A stretch of 63,948 nucleotides of DNA from an uncultured Methanosarcinales archaeon (GTDB lineage: Archaea > Nanobdellota > Nanobdellia > Woesearchaeales > DATDXC01). The DNA lies in contig CAZDZV010000001.1 in assembly GCA_964510025.1 (NCBI GenBank), forward strand, positions 1 to 63,948, written 5' to 3'. Every line of letters starts with the position of its first letter. Position 1 is the stretch's first letter. The position numbers and the translations under genes are program-made. The notes under the pieces are model-generated. The model was given only the letters and a program-made list of their open reading frames with translations, made no database searches and was not told the DNA's origin. Shown here one piece after another: positions 1 through 9,821 of this stretch.

Positions 1-86
1 GTAAACTCCCTATTAAGCTCTTCAAATCTCTCAGCCAAAGCTTCCAGACTTCGTATTTTCGGCCAGTGCAGCAATTCTTCTATCAA
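1..86 (-). CDS. 5' part of a gene running off the window edge (MIEELLHWPKIRSLEALAERFEELNREF...)
   Basis: Frame is open to the edge from a TTG 4 nt downstream of a GGTGAT Shine-Dalgarno-like motif; the same spacing is seen at 30958. Confidence 0.35.
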   Translation of the reverse strand, partial: MIEELLHWPKIRSLEALAERFEELNREF

Positions 87-188
87 ACATATCACCACTA
101 TCCTCTTTTAGAACTACAACAGATAGTTGGCTTGCTGTTTTTAAAGATTTCCAATAATTTAATAAATTCGTTTGTAATCCTTCTGGCA

Positions 189-344
189 ATGAAATGCACA
201 ATCTGCGGAAAGAAGATAGAGGAGACGTTCATGAAGAAGATCATAGGAACATATGTGAAGAAAAAAGGTTCGAGCAAGAAGCATCCGGTATGCTTTGAGT
301 GCCAGAAGAAGTTCAAGGATGAATTATCAAAAAATATTAAATAG
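189..344 (+). CDS. Small zinc-finger-like protein (51 aa)
   Basis: MKCTICGKK...PVCFECQKK has two CxxC pairs; the ATG at 189 lies ~30 nt after a TTTAATAAA TATA-like box. Confidence 0.7.
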   Translation: MKCTICGKKIEETFMKKIIGTYVKKKGSSKKHPVCFECQKKFKDELSKNIK

Positions 345-367
345 GGATGGTCTTTCTTTTTTATTGT

Positions 368-440
368 GCCTCTGTAGCATAGCAGCTATTGCATCGCTCT
401 CGTAAAGCGAAGGTCGGGAGTGCAACTCTCCCCAGAGGCT
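368..440 (+). tRNA. tRNA-Thr(CGU)
   Basis: Acceptor stem GCCTCTG/CAGAGGC, anticodon arm TCGCT-CT-CGT-AA-AGCGA, T arm GGGAG-TGCAACT-CTCCC, U discriminator. Confidence 0.9.
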
Positions 441-443
441 TTC

Positions 444-1388
444 ATGAAAACCTATTTTGAAAGAGCGATATTTTTGTCATGGTACTGCAGCAAGAGAGAC
501 TGCGCTTTCTGCTACCTGTCGTCTCGCGAGCATGCTGCACAAGATCCTGTCAAGGACAGAAGAAGCCTAGCTTCTATTTTCGCGGAAGCAATCATATGCA
601 AAGCCTGCGGCTGGAAGATCGAGTTCCTTTCCGGAGGATGCGACAGCTATACCGATGAAGAACTATTGTCTATCATAAAAAAGGTATACAAGATAACCGG
701 ACAGAAACAATGGCTGAATGTCGGAACACTCAGTAAAAAGCAGATGAAGCTTTTCAGGCCCTACATTCAAGGAGTCTGCGGCACAGTGGAATGCATTACA
801 CCCAGACTAAGGGATAAGCTATGCCCCAGCAAACCCTTGTCAGAGATCGAAAAGATGCTTGAGATAGCTGATAATCTTAAGCTAAGAAAGACAATTACAT
901 TAATAATCGGGCTTGGAGAGGCTGTCGAAGATTTTGGCTATCTCAGGGATTTCATAAGAAAACATATGCTGGACAAGATAACATTTTACAGGCTGAAGCC
1001 GCAAAAAAATACAGCATTCGAGAATTCGGAAGGGCCAAAAACTGAGCATTATGCTGAATGGATAAGGAGGACAAGAAAGGAATTTCCGAAAATCAAGATC
1101 GTTGCCGGCTCATGGTTGTCCCATCTAGATGAGATACACGTCCTGCTGGAGGCTGGTGCTGATTCCATAACCAAATTCCCTGCGATCAGAATGTTCAATA
1201 CAGCCTATTCCAGAAGAATAGAAGAGGAGTGCCGGCTGGCCAATGCCCCGCTATCTGGAACTCTCAGCCAGATGCCGAAGATAAACGTGGAAAGGGAGGT
1301 AGATAGACTAGACCTAAGCAGGGAGCTCAGCAATAAGGTGAGGAAAAGGCTAGGCAAATACATCAGCCGGATGAAGTCTAATTGCTGA
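444..1388 (+). CDS. BioB-fold radical SAM protein, HcgA/HmdB-like (CX4CX2C)
   Basis: FLSWYCSKRDCAFCYLS cluster motif, FLSGG and IIGLGE. True start is the ATG at 444, just after the tRNA. Confidence 0.75.
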   Translation: MKTYFERAIFLSWYCSKRDCAFCYLSSREHAAQDPVKDRRSLASIFAEAIICKACGWKIEFLSGGCDSYTDEELLSIIKKVYKITGQKQWLNVGTLSKKQMKLFRPYIQGVCGTVECITPRLRDKLCPSKPLSEIEKMLEIADNLKLRKTITLIIGLGEAVEDFGYLRDFIRKHMLDKITFYRLKPQKNTAFENSEGPKTEHYAEWIRRTRKEFPKIKIVAGSWLSHLDEIHVLLEAGADSITKFPAIRMFNTAYSRRIEEECRLANAPLSGTLSQMPKINVEREVDRLDLSRELSNKVRKRLGKYISRMKSNC

Positions 1389-2742
1389 TTGGTACATATT
1401 CTGGTTTACCTTTTTTCCAGGACCCTGACTTAAACCAAAAAACAGAAAGAAGGCATACAGCTACTAAAGAGATTATAATAGACCACCAAATGCCTACTGG
1501 TCCCAAGCCTAAGACTATCGCAAAAAGGTAAGCTAAAGGCACCTCGAATACAAAAAGCCTTGCTAAGGTTATGACAAGAGAGGGCCTTCCTTTGCCTGCG
1601 CCCTGGAAGGCGGATGACAGGACAGTAATTATACCGGCCAGCCCAAAAAACAAGGGCACGATCTTCAGATAGCTTGTACCAACACTGATTATTTCTGGAT
1701 TGCTGTTAAAGATCTCTATCCAGAAACCTGAGGTAGAAAAGAAAATGATGCCGATTGTCTCCATAAAAATAAAAGCAAGCAAAGCTCCGATCCATGCTGT
1801 TTTGCCTGCTCTCCTGTACTTACCCGCCCCTACATTGAAGCCAACAATAGTTATCACCGCTGAAGCTATCCCCATTGAGGGAAGTAGAGCCACTGTATAA
1901 AGCCGGCCCGCTATACCGTATGCTGCGATCACCATCGGCCCAAAAAAAGCTGCTATCTTTGTAACAAAAAACATCCCCAGCGATATTATCGACTGAGATA
2001 ATGAAGCAGGTATGCCCACATGAAGGATGTCGGATATAATCTTCCATTTGAACTTGAAATACCTGAGATTCAGGTTGAGAACGGACCTGCCGTTCAATAA
2101 GTGTGAGACTATTATTATGGATCCAACTCCTCTCGAGATTATTGTCGCCAAAGCTGAACCGCCAATGCCCATTCTTGGAAATATCCAGATGCCGAAGATA
2201 AACAAAGGATCCAGGACAATATTCAAAACAGTAGCCAGGATCATCACTTTCATGGGTGTCTTCATATCTCCTGTCCCCCTCAAAATAGAGTTAGCGATAA
2301 ATCCCATGAACATGAAGAAAGAGCCCCCGAAGATGATCCTTACATATTCCATTACCAGCGGCATCATCTCATCTGTTGCCCCTATAAGCTGGAAAAGTGG
2401 TCTTGATAATGTGAGACCTGCCACCGTGAATATTGCTGTCATAACCAGGCCAAGAATCAGGGCGTGTTCGGCAGCGTTTTCCGCTTCCTTCTTCTTTTTT
2501 GCTCCAAGAAGCCTTGCGACAAGAGAGGTAATCCCGATACCTACTCCTGCTGCCAGTGCAATTATCAGAAAAACCACCGGAAATGTGATTGAAATGGAGG
2601 CTAATGCCAAAGAGCTTATTTTACCGACAAAGATTGTATCTACAACATTGAAGCCTGTATGCAGTGCCATGGCCAGCATCACAGGCCAGGAAAGATGCAG
2701 AATGTTTTTTACTATGCTCCCTCTTGTCAGACAGTCGGCCAT
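1378..2742 (-). CDS. MATE family efflux transporter
   Basis: LTRGSI..ILHLSWP, VDTIFVG, RGTGDMKTP, NIVLDPLFI; about 12 hydrophobic segments. Confidence 0.92.
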   Translation of the reverse strand: MADCLTRGSIVKNILHLSWPVMLAMALHTGFNVVDTIFVGKISSLALASISITFPVVFLIIALAAGVGIGITSLVARLLGAKKKKEAENAAEHALILGLVMTAIFTVAGLTLSRPLFQLIGATDEMMPLVMEYVRIIFGGSFFMFMGFIANSILRGTGDMKTPMKVMILATVLNIVLDPLFIFGIWIFPRMGIGGSALATIISRGVGSIIIVSHLLNGRSVLNLNLRYFKFKWKIISDILHVGIPASLSQSIISLGMFFVTKIAAFFGPMVIAAYGIAGRLYTVALLPSMGIASAVITIVGFNVGAGKYRRAGKTAWIGALLAFIFMETIGIIFFSTSGFWIEIFNSNPEIISVGTSYLKIVPLFFGLAGIITVLSSAFQGAGKGRPSLVITLARLFVFEVPLAYLFAIVLGLGPVGIWWSIIISLVAVCLLSVFWFKSGSWKKGKPEYVPISN

Positions 2743-2774
2743 GAAAAGGAGAATTTACATTTCATTTATAATGA

Positions 2775-3980
2775 TTACTCATAGCGAAGAGCTTCAACGG
2801 GCTTTTTTCTAGATGCGTTTATTGCAGGAGCTACGCCTGAAACAGCACCGACAATTGTGGCAAACAATATCCCCCCTGCAAATATTATCCAAGAGTTATG
2901 GGGGCTTAAAAATCCCCAGCCAGATGCATCCAAAATTGCGCCTGTTGCCGTGGTAAAAAGCCAGCCCAGGATTACGCCTATTATGCCTGAGATGAGGCCC
3001 AGAAAGCTTGATTCAAAAAAGAATATATTAAAAACCTCTGAATTGGTGGCCCCAATGGACTTAATCACTCCAATCTCCCTCACCCTTTCCAGCACAGATG
3101 TCACCATTGTGTTTGCGGTATTGACTGCAGAAACAAATACAGATATCAAGGCTATAAACACGATGAAGCCAATGACAATGTTCAATGCTGTTCCAAACGC
3201 CTCTATCTGGTCTGCAAATGATGAGACATAGAATTCTTCTTTTCCCTCTTCCTCATGCCTGGACTTCCTCAAAGCTTTTTCGACTCTTTCAACAGTTGCA
3301 TCCAGATCGTCAATGTCTGCCCTTCCAACAAGGACAGCGTAGTCTTCTTCTTCAGGAAACAGTTTCTTATATCCTTCTTCAGTCATGTAGATGTTGGAAT
3401 CGTCCTGAGGGTTGCCTATCTCCCCGTAAAAACCAACTACCTTGAACTTCTCACCATTTATGGTTATCTTATCGTTTATGTCCAGCGGCCTTGAAAATAT
3501 CTTATCAGGCAGCTGGTAGCTATAGCCAAGAGCTACTTTGGTGGCATCTCCTGCAGTTACCTGCCTGCCCTTCTCTATGGATATGTCAAAGGATTCCATC
3601 AACAGGTCCATGTCATCTGGATCAGCGCCAGCAACAAATGCGTATCTTGTCTGTGAATCATGCTCAATCTCCACAACATCCATATTATAGCCGATTATCT
3701 CAATCACTCCCCTTGTTTTTTGCGCTGCTTCCAGATCAGATTCAGTTAACCTCACATCACCCATGCCCGGAGCCCCAGCCCCTTTGCCGTATACAAGGAA
3801 CTTATCTGCAGAACCACCTGATGCAAGCTCACCTACGTAATCATAAAGCCCCCAGCCAAAGCTGACAAAGATAAAGATAGTCGCAACCCCTATAAAAATA
3901 GAGAGTATTGTAAGAAAGCTTCTTGATTTTCTCATCCTCAGGTTCCTTAGTGAATATAGTATGTTTTCTTTGGATATCAT
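2775..3980 (-). CDS. MacB/FtsX-family ABC transporter permease
   Basis: RSFLTILSIFIG, NTMVTSVLERVREIGVIKSIGA, C-terminal PVEALRYE. Confidence 0.9.
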   Translation of the reverse strand: MISKENILYSLRNLRMRKSRSFLTILSIFIGVATIFIFVSFGWGLYDYVGELASGGSADKFLVYGKGAGAPGMGDVRLTESDLEAAQKTRGVIEIIGYNMDVVEIEHDSQTRYAFVAGADPDDMDLLMESFDISIEKGRQVTAGDATKVALGYSYQLPDKIFSRPLDINDKITINGEKFKVVGFYGEIGNPQDDSNIYMTEEGYKKLFPEEEDYAVLVGRADIDDLDATVERVEKALRKSRHEEEGKEEFYVSSFADQIEAFGTALNIVIGFIVFIALISVFVSAVNTANTMVTSVLERVREIGVIKSIGATNSEVFNIFFFESSFLGLISGIIGVILGWLFTTATGAILDASGWGFLSPHNSWIIFAGGILFATIVGAVSGVAPAINASRKKPVEALRYE

Positions 3981-3981
3981 C

Positions 3982-5196
3982 TTAGTCTCTTAAGGCATCC
4001 ACCGGATTGAGCCTGGCTGCCCTTATCGCAGGAACAATGCCTGCAACAGAACCTATTATGAAAGTACCCGCAAGAGTCAGCATTATTAACCAGAAATTTA
4101 TCTGCGGAGTTGTTTCTGCCCCTACAAATGCATTTATTCCCAACGTTCCTGTATAGGCGATTAGCTGACCGAAGATAGCGCCTATGATACCGCCCATCAG
4201 GCCCATCATCCCTGACTCGACAAAAAACTGCATGAATATATCTCTGTTCCTGGCTCCTATTGACTTCATGATGCCTATCTGGCCCTTTCTTTCCATAACT
4301 GTGGTGGTCATAGTGTTTACTATGCCCACTGAGCCGATAAATATTGAGATCCCTGCTATCAATGAGATAAATATCTGAACACCTGTAAGCACGCTGTTAA
4401 CCTGCTCAAGAGCTGCCTCTGGTGTCTGGACTGTGAAGTCCTCCTGTCCTTTTTCTACATCTCTCCTATCCCTTAAAAGCTTCTCGATATCTGCTTTTGC
4501 CTCATCCATCAGTTCCTTGGACTTGACCTGCACAGCGATTATGTCAACCTGGTCTGGATCATCCATGAGCTCTTTCAACGGCTCTTCGTTCACAAGCACA
4601 ATATTGTCGAAGATAAAGCTGCCTTTTTTTTCCATTATGCCTACCACTTCAAACTTGACATCATCCAGGAGGATCGTATCTCCTGGCTTGATCGGCCTAT
4701 CAAAACCTACGTTGTCTGCGCCAAAATTATACCCAAGAAATGCCTTTTTGTTATCGCCGTCTTTCAGGAGCCTGCCCTGCAGGGCTTCGGCCTCCATAGT
4801 GTCGTAAGTGAATTTCCTGTCATCTCCATCCGGCACGTTCATGGCGTAGCCAAATCCTGCCCTGTCATTGAATTCGAGCTTGCCCTCTTCCAGAATCCTT
4901 GGAATAGCCCGTTCGACAGTGGATAGCTTCCCTATCTCATCCACATCTTCCTGGGTGAGAGGGTTTACAACGCCGGTGCCGGGGGGCCCAAAAGTAATAC
5001 CGCCTGCCTGCACTGAAATAACCTCTGTTGAGCTTATCCCAAACTGAGAAGTAATGGCCAGCTTCAATCCGTCCCCCAACCCTATCAGCGCCACGACCGC
5101 TGTGACCCCTATCAGTATACCTATCAAGGTGAGCCAGCTCCTAAGCTTCTTATGGGTCAGGTTAACCCAGGCAAAAACAAAATAGTCCTTTAGCAT
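3982..5196 (-). CDS. MacB/FtsX-family ABC transporter permease (paralog)
   Basis: RSWLTLIGILIG, NTMTTTVMERKGQIGIMKSIGA, LNPVDALRD. Confidence 0.9.
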   Translation of the reverse strand: MLKDYFVFAWVNLTHKKLRSWLTLIGILIGVTAVVALIGLGDGLKLAITSQFGISSTEVISVQAGGITFGPPGTGVVNPLTQEDVDEIGKLSTVERAIPRILEEGKLEFNDRAGFGYAMNVPDGDDRKFTYDTMEAEALQGRLLKDGDNKKAFLGYNFGADNVGFDRPIKPGDTILLDDVKFEVVGIMEKKGSFIFDNIVLVNEEPLKELMDDPDQVDIIAVQVKSKELMDEAKADIEKLLRDRRDVEKGQEDFTVQTPEAALEQVNSVLTGVQIFISLIAGISIFIGSVGIVNTMTTTVMERKGQIGIMKSIGARNRDIFMQFFVESGMMGLMGGIIGAIFGQLIAYTGTLGINAFVGAETTPQINFWLIMLTLAGTFIIGSVAGIVPAIRAARLNPVDALRD

Positions 5197-5199
5197 AGT

Positions 5200-6471
5200 C
5201 TATTTTTTCTTCTTCTTTTTCCAGCGCCAGTACACGAACAGTCCAGCAGCAACTATCAAGACTATTATAAAGAAGCCGAGGCCGCTGTTGCCCTGCACCA
5301 ACCCATATCGTTTTGCTTCGGCTGCATTGTAAAGGACAATCGGCACCTGTATATTGGTGCTATAATCCTGATTGTTGGCATCCTTATATTCTACGGACAG
5401 GTGCAAAGCTACATCTGAGTCTGTTTTCGGAACGTACAGCTCAAAATCAACAGTCTCGTAGTCATCTGAGTCAATCTGCCCTATGTATACATTCTTAGCT
5501 CCGATTATCTCATAGTCGTCCTTTTCTTCGAGGCCTATGTAAGCAAATTTTATGTTGTTTGTTCCCTTGTTAACGAAGCGGAGCGTAACAGTCCCCCGCT
5601 GGCCTGATGTTCTGATAGTGGAAGAATCCAGGTTGACCACCAAATCCGGCTCATCGCCGATTATCATACCCACTATCAAAGATTTTGAATAGTTCGCTCC
5701 GAGCTCATCTGAGTATTCAAGAAGCAACGGCACCCTATAGATTTTTGATTCTGCATCCGGATCAGCGATAAGCCTAAACTGGATGTCTTCTGTAGCTCCT
5801 GGCTTCAGCATGGCAAGTGTCTTCTCATTAGACGAACCTATTGGCGTAAAGGGGTATTCTGTTGTAGTGACGGATGTTGAGGTTGCCTGTATTTCCCGCA
5901 CGTTAAGGGTTGCCTTCACCTCCTTGAGCAGTGAATCTGCCATATTCTTTATCTCGATGGTAAGTAGGCCCTCCTGCCCGGGCGCTATCTTATTTGGCGA
6001 TGATTCAACCGACTCGACAGCTATTATGGCGTCATGGGTCTGGACATTAACAATAAAAGGCTCCAGCAGCACAGAACCAGGGAATTCACCCGTTGTGTAC
6101 TTCAGCTCTATCTCGTTTTCTCCCTCTACTGCTTCCTCATCCACCTTTAGCCGGAATTTGACGATCACTCCTTTTTTTCCTGTCTGCCTTCCCTGCAAAG
6201 AGCCTATGCTCTGGAAAGAGCTTTCCCCTGGCTCCAGGCTGAAAGGAAATTTAGCCAGCAGCTCAAGTTCAATATCTTCGACTGTCTCAGATCCCCAATT
6301 TTCCACCTTGAAGCGAAGGTCGACATATTGTCCTGGCTCTACCGGGTCTGGTGTCTGGCTGATCAAAGTGATATTCACATAGGTATCTGCATTGGCTGCA
6401 TTCATATAAGTCAATGAACAAGCCATGCTGGCCCACAAAATCATACTTATTACATACAGTATCTTTTTCAT
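5200..6471 (-). CDS. COG1361 S-layer-domain family protein
   Basis: Signal peptide, QTPDPVEPGQYVDLRFKVENWG-type Ig-like modules, C-terminal TM plus lysine tail; usual partner of this archaeal ABC operon. Confidence 0.8.
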   Translation of the reverse strand: MKKILYVISMILWASMACSLTYMNAANADTYVNITLISQTPDPVEPGQYVDLRFKVENWGSETVEDIELELLAKFPFSLEPGESSFQSIGSLQGRQTGKKGVIVKFRLKVDEEAVEGENEIELKYTTGEFPGSVLLEPFIVNVQTHDAIIAVESVESSPNKIAPGQEGLLTIEIKNMADSLLKEVKATLNVREIQATSTSVTTTEYPFTPIGSSNEKTLAMLKPGATEDIQFRLIADPDAESKIYRVPLLLEYSDELGANYSKSLIVGMIIGDEPDLVVNLDSSTIRTSGQRGTVTLRFVNKGTNNIKFAYIGLEEKDDYEIIGAKNVYIGQIDSDDYETVDFELYVPKTDSDVALHLSVEYKDANNQDYSTNIQVPIVLYNAAEAKRYGLVQGNSGLGFFIIVLIVAAGLFVYWRWKKKKKK

Positions 6472-7166
6472 TTTTTCATCACCTTTGTTTTTACAATTTG
6501 TCCGTCCTTAAGATGCTCTATTCTTTGAGCATGACCTGCCACAAACTTGTCATGTGTGACCATAATAATCGTCTTGCCTTCCTGCTTATTGAGGTCCTGC
6601 AGAAAATCCATAAGGTTGTGGCCTGTCTTGGAGTCCAGATTGCCTGTTGGCTCATCTGCCAGGATCACATCAGGATCATTTGACAAGGACCTTGCTATTG
6701 CAACCCGCTGCTGCTGGCCCCCTGAGAGCTCGTTAGGCCTGTGGTTCAGCCTCTCCTTGAGGTTAACAAGTTCGAGCAATTTTGTAGCCCTCTTAAGACG
6801 CTCCTCTTTTGGAGTAGCCTGGAATGACATGGGCAGCATCACGTTCTCAAGGGCAGACAAAGTAGGTATCAGGTTGAACTTCTGGAAGATAAAACCAATC
6901 TTTTTTCCTCTAACCTGCGCCAGCTCGGACTCAGACATATGGGCTATATCTTTGCCGCTTAAATATATAGACCCCTTCGTAGGAATGTCCAGGCAGCCGA
7001 TAGAGTTCATCATCGTCGATTTTCCTGACCCGGAGGGACCCATGATGGCAAGAAACTCACCTTTGTGTATAGTAAGGTTAACTCCCTTCAAAGCAGGCAC
7101 TTCTACCTTGCCCATCTTATATATCTTCCAGACATCCTTCAGCTTTATGATTTCTTCTTTAGCCAT
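6468..7166 (-). CDS. ABC transporter ATP-binding protein (LolD/MacB-type)
   Basis: Walker [10 protein letters not shown], signature LSGGQQQRV, Walker [12 protein letters not shown]; start at MAKEEII. Confidence 0.95.
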   Translation of the reverse strand: MAKEEIIKLKDVWKIYKMGKVEVPALKGVNLTIHKGEFLAIMGPSGSGKSTMMNSIGCLDIPTKGSIYLSGKDIAHMSESELAQVRGKKIGFIFQKFNLIPTLSALENVMLPMSFQATPKEERLKRATKLLELVNLKERLNHRPNELSGGQQQRVAIARSLSNDPDVILADEPTGNLDSKTGHNLMDFLQDLNKQEGKTIIMVTHDKFVAGHAQRIEHLKDGQIVKTKVMKK

Positions 7167-7635
7167 GCTGCAAACCTTTGAGAAGCTTTTTGATGATATG
7201 CTCAAACTTGAGTATCTGACTATAGTATTTTTCAACTATCCTGAGCTTTTTCTTATCCCTATCTGTGCTGGCTTTTTTCCTGTATTCCTTTATGATGGCC
7301 GGGAGGGTATCCTTAGCCTTAGATATAACATATTCCTCTTTTCTGACCAGGGCTTCCCCCCATATCTTCACGATATCCTTCTCCATATAAAGGTAGATTC
7401 GTTTGGAACCTGGCTTGCGTATCTTTCTGATGTTAAGGGCTGATCCGAGCATCCTGATCTTGTTGCTGATGGATGCGAGGCTATAACCGGTGTCTTTGGC
7501 AAGCCTATCCATAGCTATAGGCTCTGGCTCTAAGTACAGCCGGGCAAAGAGCTCTGTAAGCAGTGAATCATTTATACCCTGGCCTCTTGCCATCTCTCGG
7601 TACATTTCCATCAATCTGTTGTCAAGTTCTTTCAT
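7159..7635 (-). CDS. GbsR/MarR-family transcriptional regulator
   Basis: wHTH ([31 protein letters not shown]...[11 protein letters not shown]); first gene of the ABC operon. Confidence 0.8.
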   Translation of the reverse strand: MKELDNRLMEMYREMARGQGINDSLLTELFARLYLEPEPIAMDRLAKDTGYSLASISNKIRMLGSALNIRKIRKPGSKRIYLYMEKDIVKIWGEALVRKEEYVISKAKDTLPAIIKEYRKKASTDRDKKKLRIVEKYYSQILKFEHIIKKLLKGLQHG

Positions 7636-7676
7636 TATTTTTAATAATTATTAAAAATATTATATAAATGTTTTGT

Positions 7677-7829
7677 TTAAGCCTTCCGGATTAGGATATC
7701 ACCCTTATTATCTATGATGAACTCTAAAGCATCCCCCTGCTTCCATCCCTTTGCCATGACCAAACCTTTGGGGATGGTAATGATATACTGCCTGTTGTTT
7801 GGAAACTGGAGCTTTGATTTATTAGACAT
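7677..7829 (-). CDS. AbrB/MazE/SpoVT-type DNA-binding microprotein (50 aa; not in ORF track)
   Basis: Manual translation MSNKSKLQFPNNRQYIITIPKGLVMAKGWKQGDALEFIIDNKGDILIRKA fits the swapped-hairpin pattern (ITIPK...GWxxGD.LEF). Confidence 0.85.
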   Translation of the reverse strand: MSNKSKLQFPNNRQYIITIPKGLVMAKGWKQGDALEFIIDNKGDILIRKA

Positions 7830-7975
7830 TTATATATAATTTTATATATTCTTATATTTAAATTTTTCTATTTAATTAATTATATTTTAATATATAAAAA
7901 TAAATATCTACTATTTCTTCGGGTCCTGTTGAACCCAAGAAAAAATTTAAAAACTAGACTATACAACTCAGTATT

Positions 7976-8551
7976 ATGGGGAAGAAAAAGATAAAATTAG
8001 AGAAATTCATGGTTTATTTTATTGCATTCATAATGGTCAGCTCTATCTTCGGAATAATCTTCTCGGGCTACAGGCAGGATTCCTATTCAGTTAAATACAA
8101 TGGAATAGCATTTGAAAGAAGAGGCAACATGTGGTTTGCTGCAATCAACGGCGGAATCGGTTTTGACTATCATCCAGAAGAAGTGGAAAATATAAACCTA
8201 AGCGGCGAGGTTGAGGCTCTCCTGCAGGATAAGATCGAGATAGATGTGACTTCAGATATTGAGAGCCCTTTCAAGGACGACATTGCTGTGGCCGTCTACA
8301 ACATGGAAAATACGCTGAGTGCCACAGGTGTATATGTAAGAAGCGGATTTACAGAAGAAAATGATTTCAATATCCCTGTAATAAGCTGTTCAGACTCCTC
8401 TCAATTTGTCCCTGTAGTGTATTTTCAGGAAATGAACAAGACAGAAGTAATTGTGAACAACAGCTGCATAATCGCAGGAGCAGCCAGCGAGGCTGACATT
8501 CTTAGAATCAAGGACAGACTGCTCTATTCTATATTGGGAATAATAAGGTGA
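7976..8551 (+). CDS. Membrane-anchored hypothetical protein
   Basis: N-terminal TM helix, extracellular domain with a Cys pair; paralogous to the next gene. Confidence 0.75.
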   Translation: MGKKKIKLEKFMVYFIAFIMVSSIFGIIFSGYRQDSYSVKYNGIAFERRGNMWFAAINGGIGFDYHPEEVENINLSGEVEALLQDKIEIDVTSDIESPFKDDIAVAVYNMENTLSATGVYVRSGFTEENDFNIPVISCSDSSQFVPVVYFQEMNKTEVIVNNSCIIAGAASEADILRIKDRLLYSILGIIR

Positions 8552-9228
8552 ATGTTTTGGACAAGGAAAAATCAGAGCAAGATAAGTCAGATAAAGGCAT
8601 GCTGATAGCAGTTCTTGTAATCATAGCTGTTATAACCGGCATAGTGAGCCTCAAATTTTTCACAAAAAATGAGCCGCAGACAATAGAAGAGCTGCATGAG
8701 CTGAACCTGCAGGGAAAGCTAGCCCCGAGCCAGGGATATATCTATAATGGATACAGTTTTGTAAATGTCTCAAACTTCTGGTATACCCAGATACAGTCAC
8801 CAAACGACAGGATACTATATTCCCTTAATTTCCGATTCGGCCCTAGACAGTTAGAGGACATACCTATTGAGGGCAGACTAAACGCAACATTATTTGACGA
8901 TAGTGAAGAGTATTTTGTAACATTCGATCCACTGGGCTTCATGGGTGATTTTACCTATGTAACTCTAGCTGTAAATGATTTCAATCAGAACATGGTAAAG
9001 GCTTTTGACAAAAGACCAATAGCTGCATGCGACAAAAATGTCACAGCTGAATGCAGGGCACGACCTGTCATAAACTGCAGCAATACTGAGCAACTGGTCT
9101 TCTATATACAAGAGGCTGAGATACCGAGGATCCTGCTTGATGATAACTGCATCATCATCGAAGGGAAGGACTTTGGGCTGGTAAGAGCTGTTGATAAACT
9201 GGTCTTGAAATTTTATGGAATTATGTAA
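8548..9228 (+). CDS. Membrane-anchored hypothetical protein (paralog)
   Basis: TM helix; shares YNG..F...W, P.I.C and CII motifs with the previous ORF; GTGA overlap. Confidence 0.75.
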   Translation: MNVLDKEKSEQDKSDKGMLIAVLVIIAVITGIVSLKFFTKNEPQTIEELHELNLQGKLAPSQGYIYNGYSFVNVSNFWYTQIQSPNDRILYSLNFRFGPRQLEDIPIEGRLNATLFDDSEEYFVTFDPLGFMGDFTYVTLAVNDFNQNMVKAFDKRPIAACDKNVTAECRARPVINCSNTEQLVFYIQEAEIPRILLDDNCIIIEGKDFGLVRAVDKLVLKFYGIM

Positions 9229-9230
9229 TC

Positions 9231-9821
9231 ATGCCATATTATTATTCAAAAAAACAGGAAAGCCCCCTGAACCTGAAAAAGATAAAATGCATACTTAGGG
9301 GAAAAGATCTTGAGTTTTACACTGGTTCTGGCGTCTTTTCAAAGAACAAAGTTGATAGCGGAACCAAATTGCTAGCTGAAAATGCTTATGTTGAGGATGT
9401 ATGGAGGGTCCTAGATATGGGATGCGGATACGGAGCTGTAGGAATCACAATAAACAAGGTGTTTCCAGATACAGAAGTGCTCATGGTGGATATCAACAAG
9501 AGAGCTGTCAAGCTAGCGAAGATGAACGTCAAACTGAATGATGCAAAGGCTGAAGCAATGCAGTCGGACCTTTATGAAAACATCAAGGAGAAATTCAACA
9601 GCATAATAGCCAATCCACCACAAAGAGCTGGAAAAGAGGTCTGCTTCAAAATAATAGAAGACAGCAAAAAATACCTGGTGAAAGATGGTTTGCTGCAGCT
9701 TGTTGCTCGCCATCAGAAAGGAGGGAAAGAGCTGGGAAAAAGGATGGAGCTGGTTTTTGGCAATATAAGGGAGACTGCCAAGAAATCAGGATACAGGGTC
9801 TATGTTTCTAGATTGTCTTAA
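9231..9821 (+). CDS. Class I SAM methyltransferase, RsmC/MJ0882-like
   Basis: SGVFSKNKVDSGTKLL, LDMGCGYG, NPP motif. Confidence 0.85.
   Translation: MPYYYSKKQESPLNLKKIKCILRGKDLEFYTGSGVFSKNKVDSGTKLLAENAYVEDVWRVLDMGCGYGAVGITINKVFPDTEVLMVDINKRAVKLAKMNVKLNDAKAEAMQSDLYENIKEKFNSIIANPPQRAGKEVCFKIIEDSKKYLVKDGLLQLVARHQKGGKELGKRMELVFGNIRETAKKSGYRVYVSRLS

Noticed and set aside
420..443. ORF-track N-terminal extension of the radical SAM gene
   Set aside because: It overlaps tRNA-Thr; the real start is the ATG at 444.
444..1388. PylB/pyrrolysine system or biotin synthase
   Set aside because: No pylS/C/D, tRNA-Pyl or bio genes are in the window, and the motif spacing is not the canonical CX3CX2C.
2027..2812. 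Long antisense ORFs (also 6547-7443, 39247-40029, 53453-54154, 59403-60026, 61994-62668)
   Set aside because: These are shadow frames opposite well-supported genes, with Ser/Phe/Ile-rich composition and no motifs.
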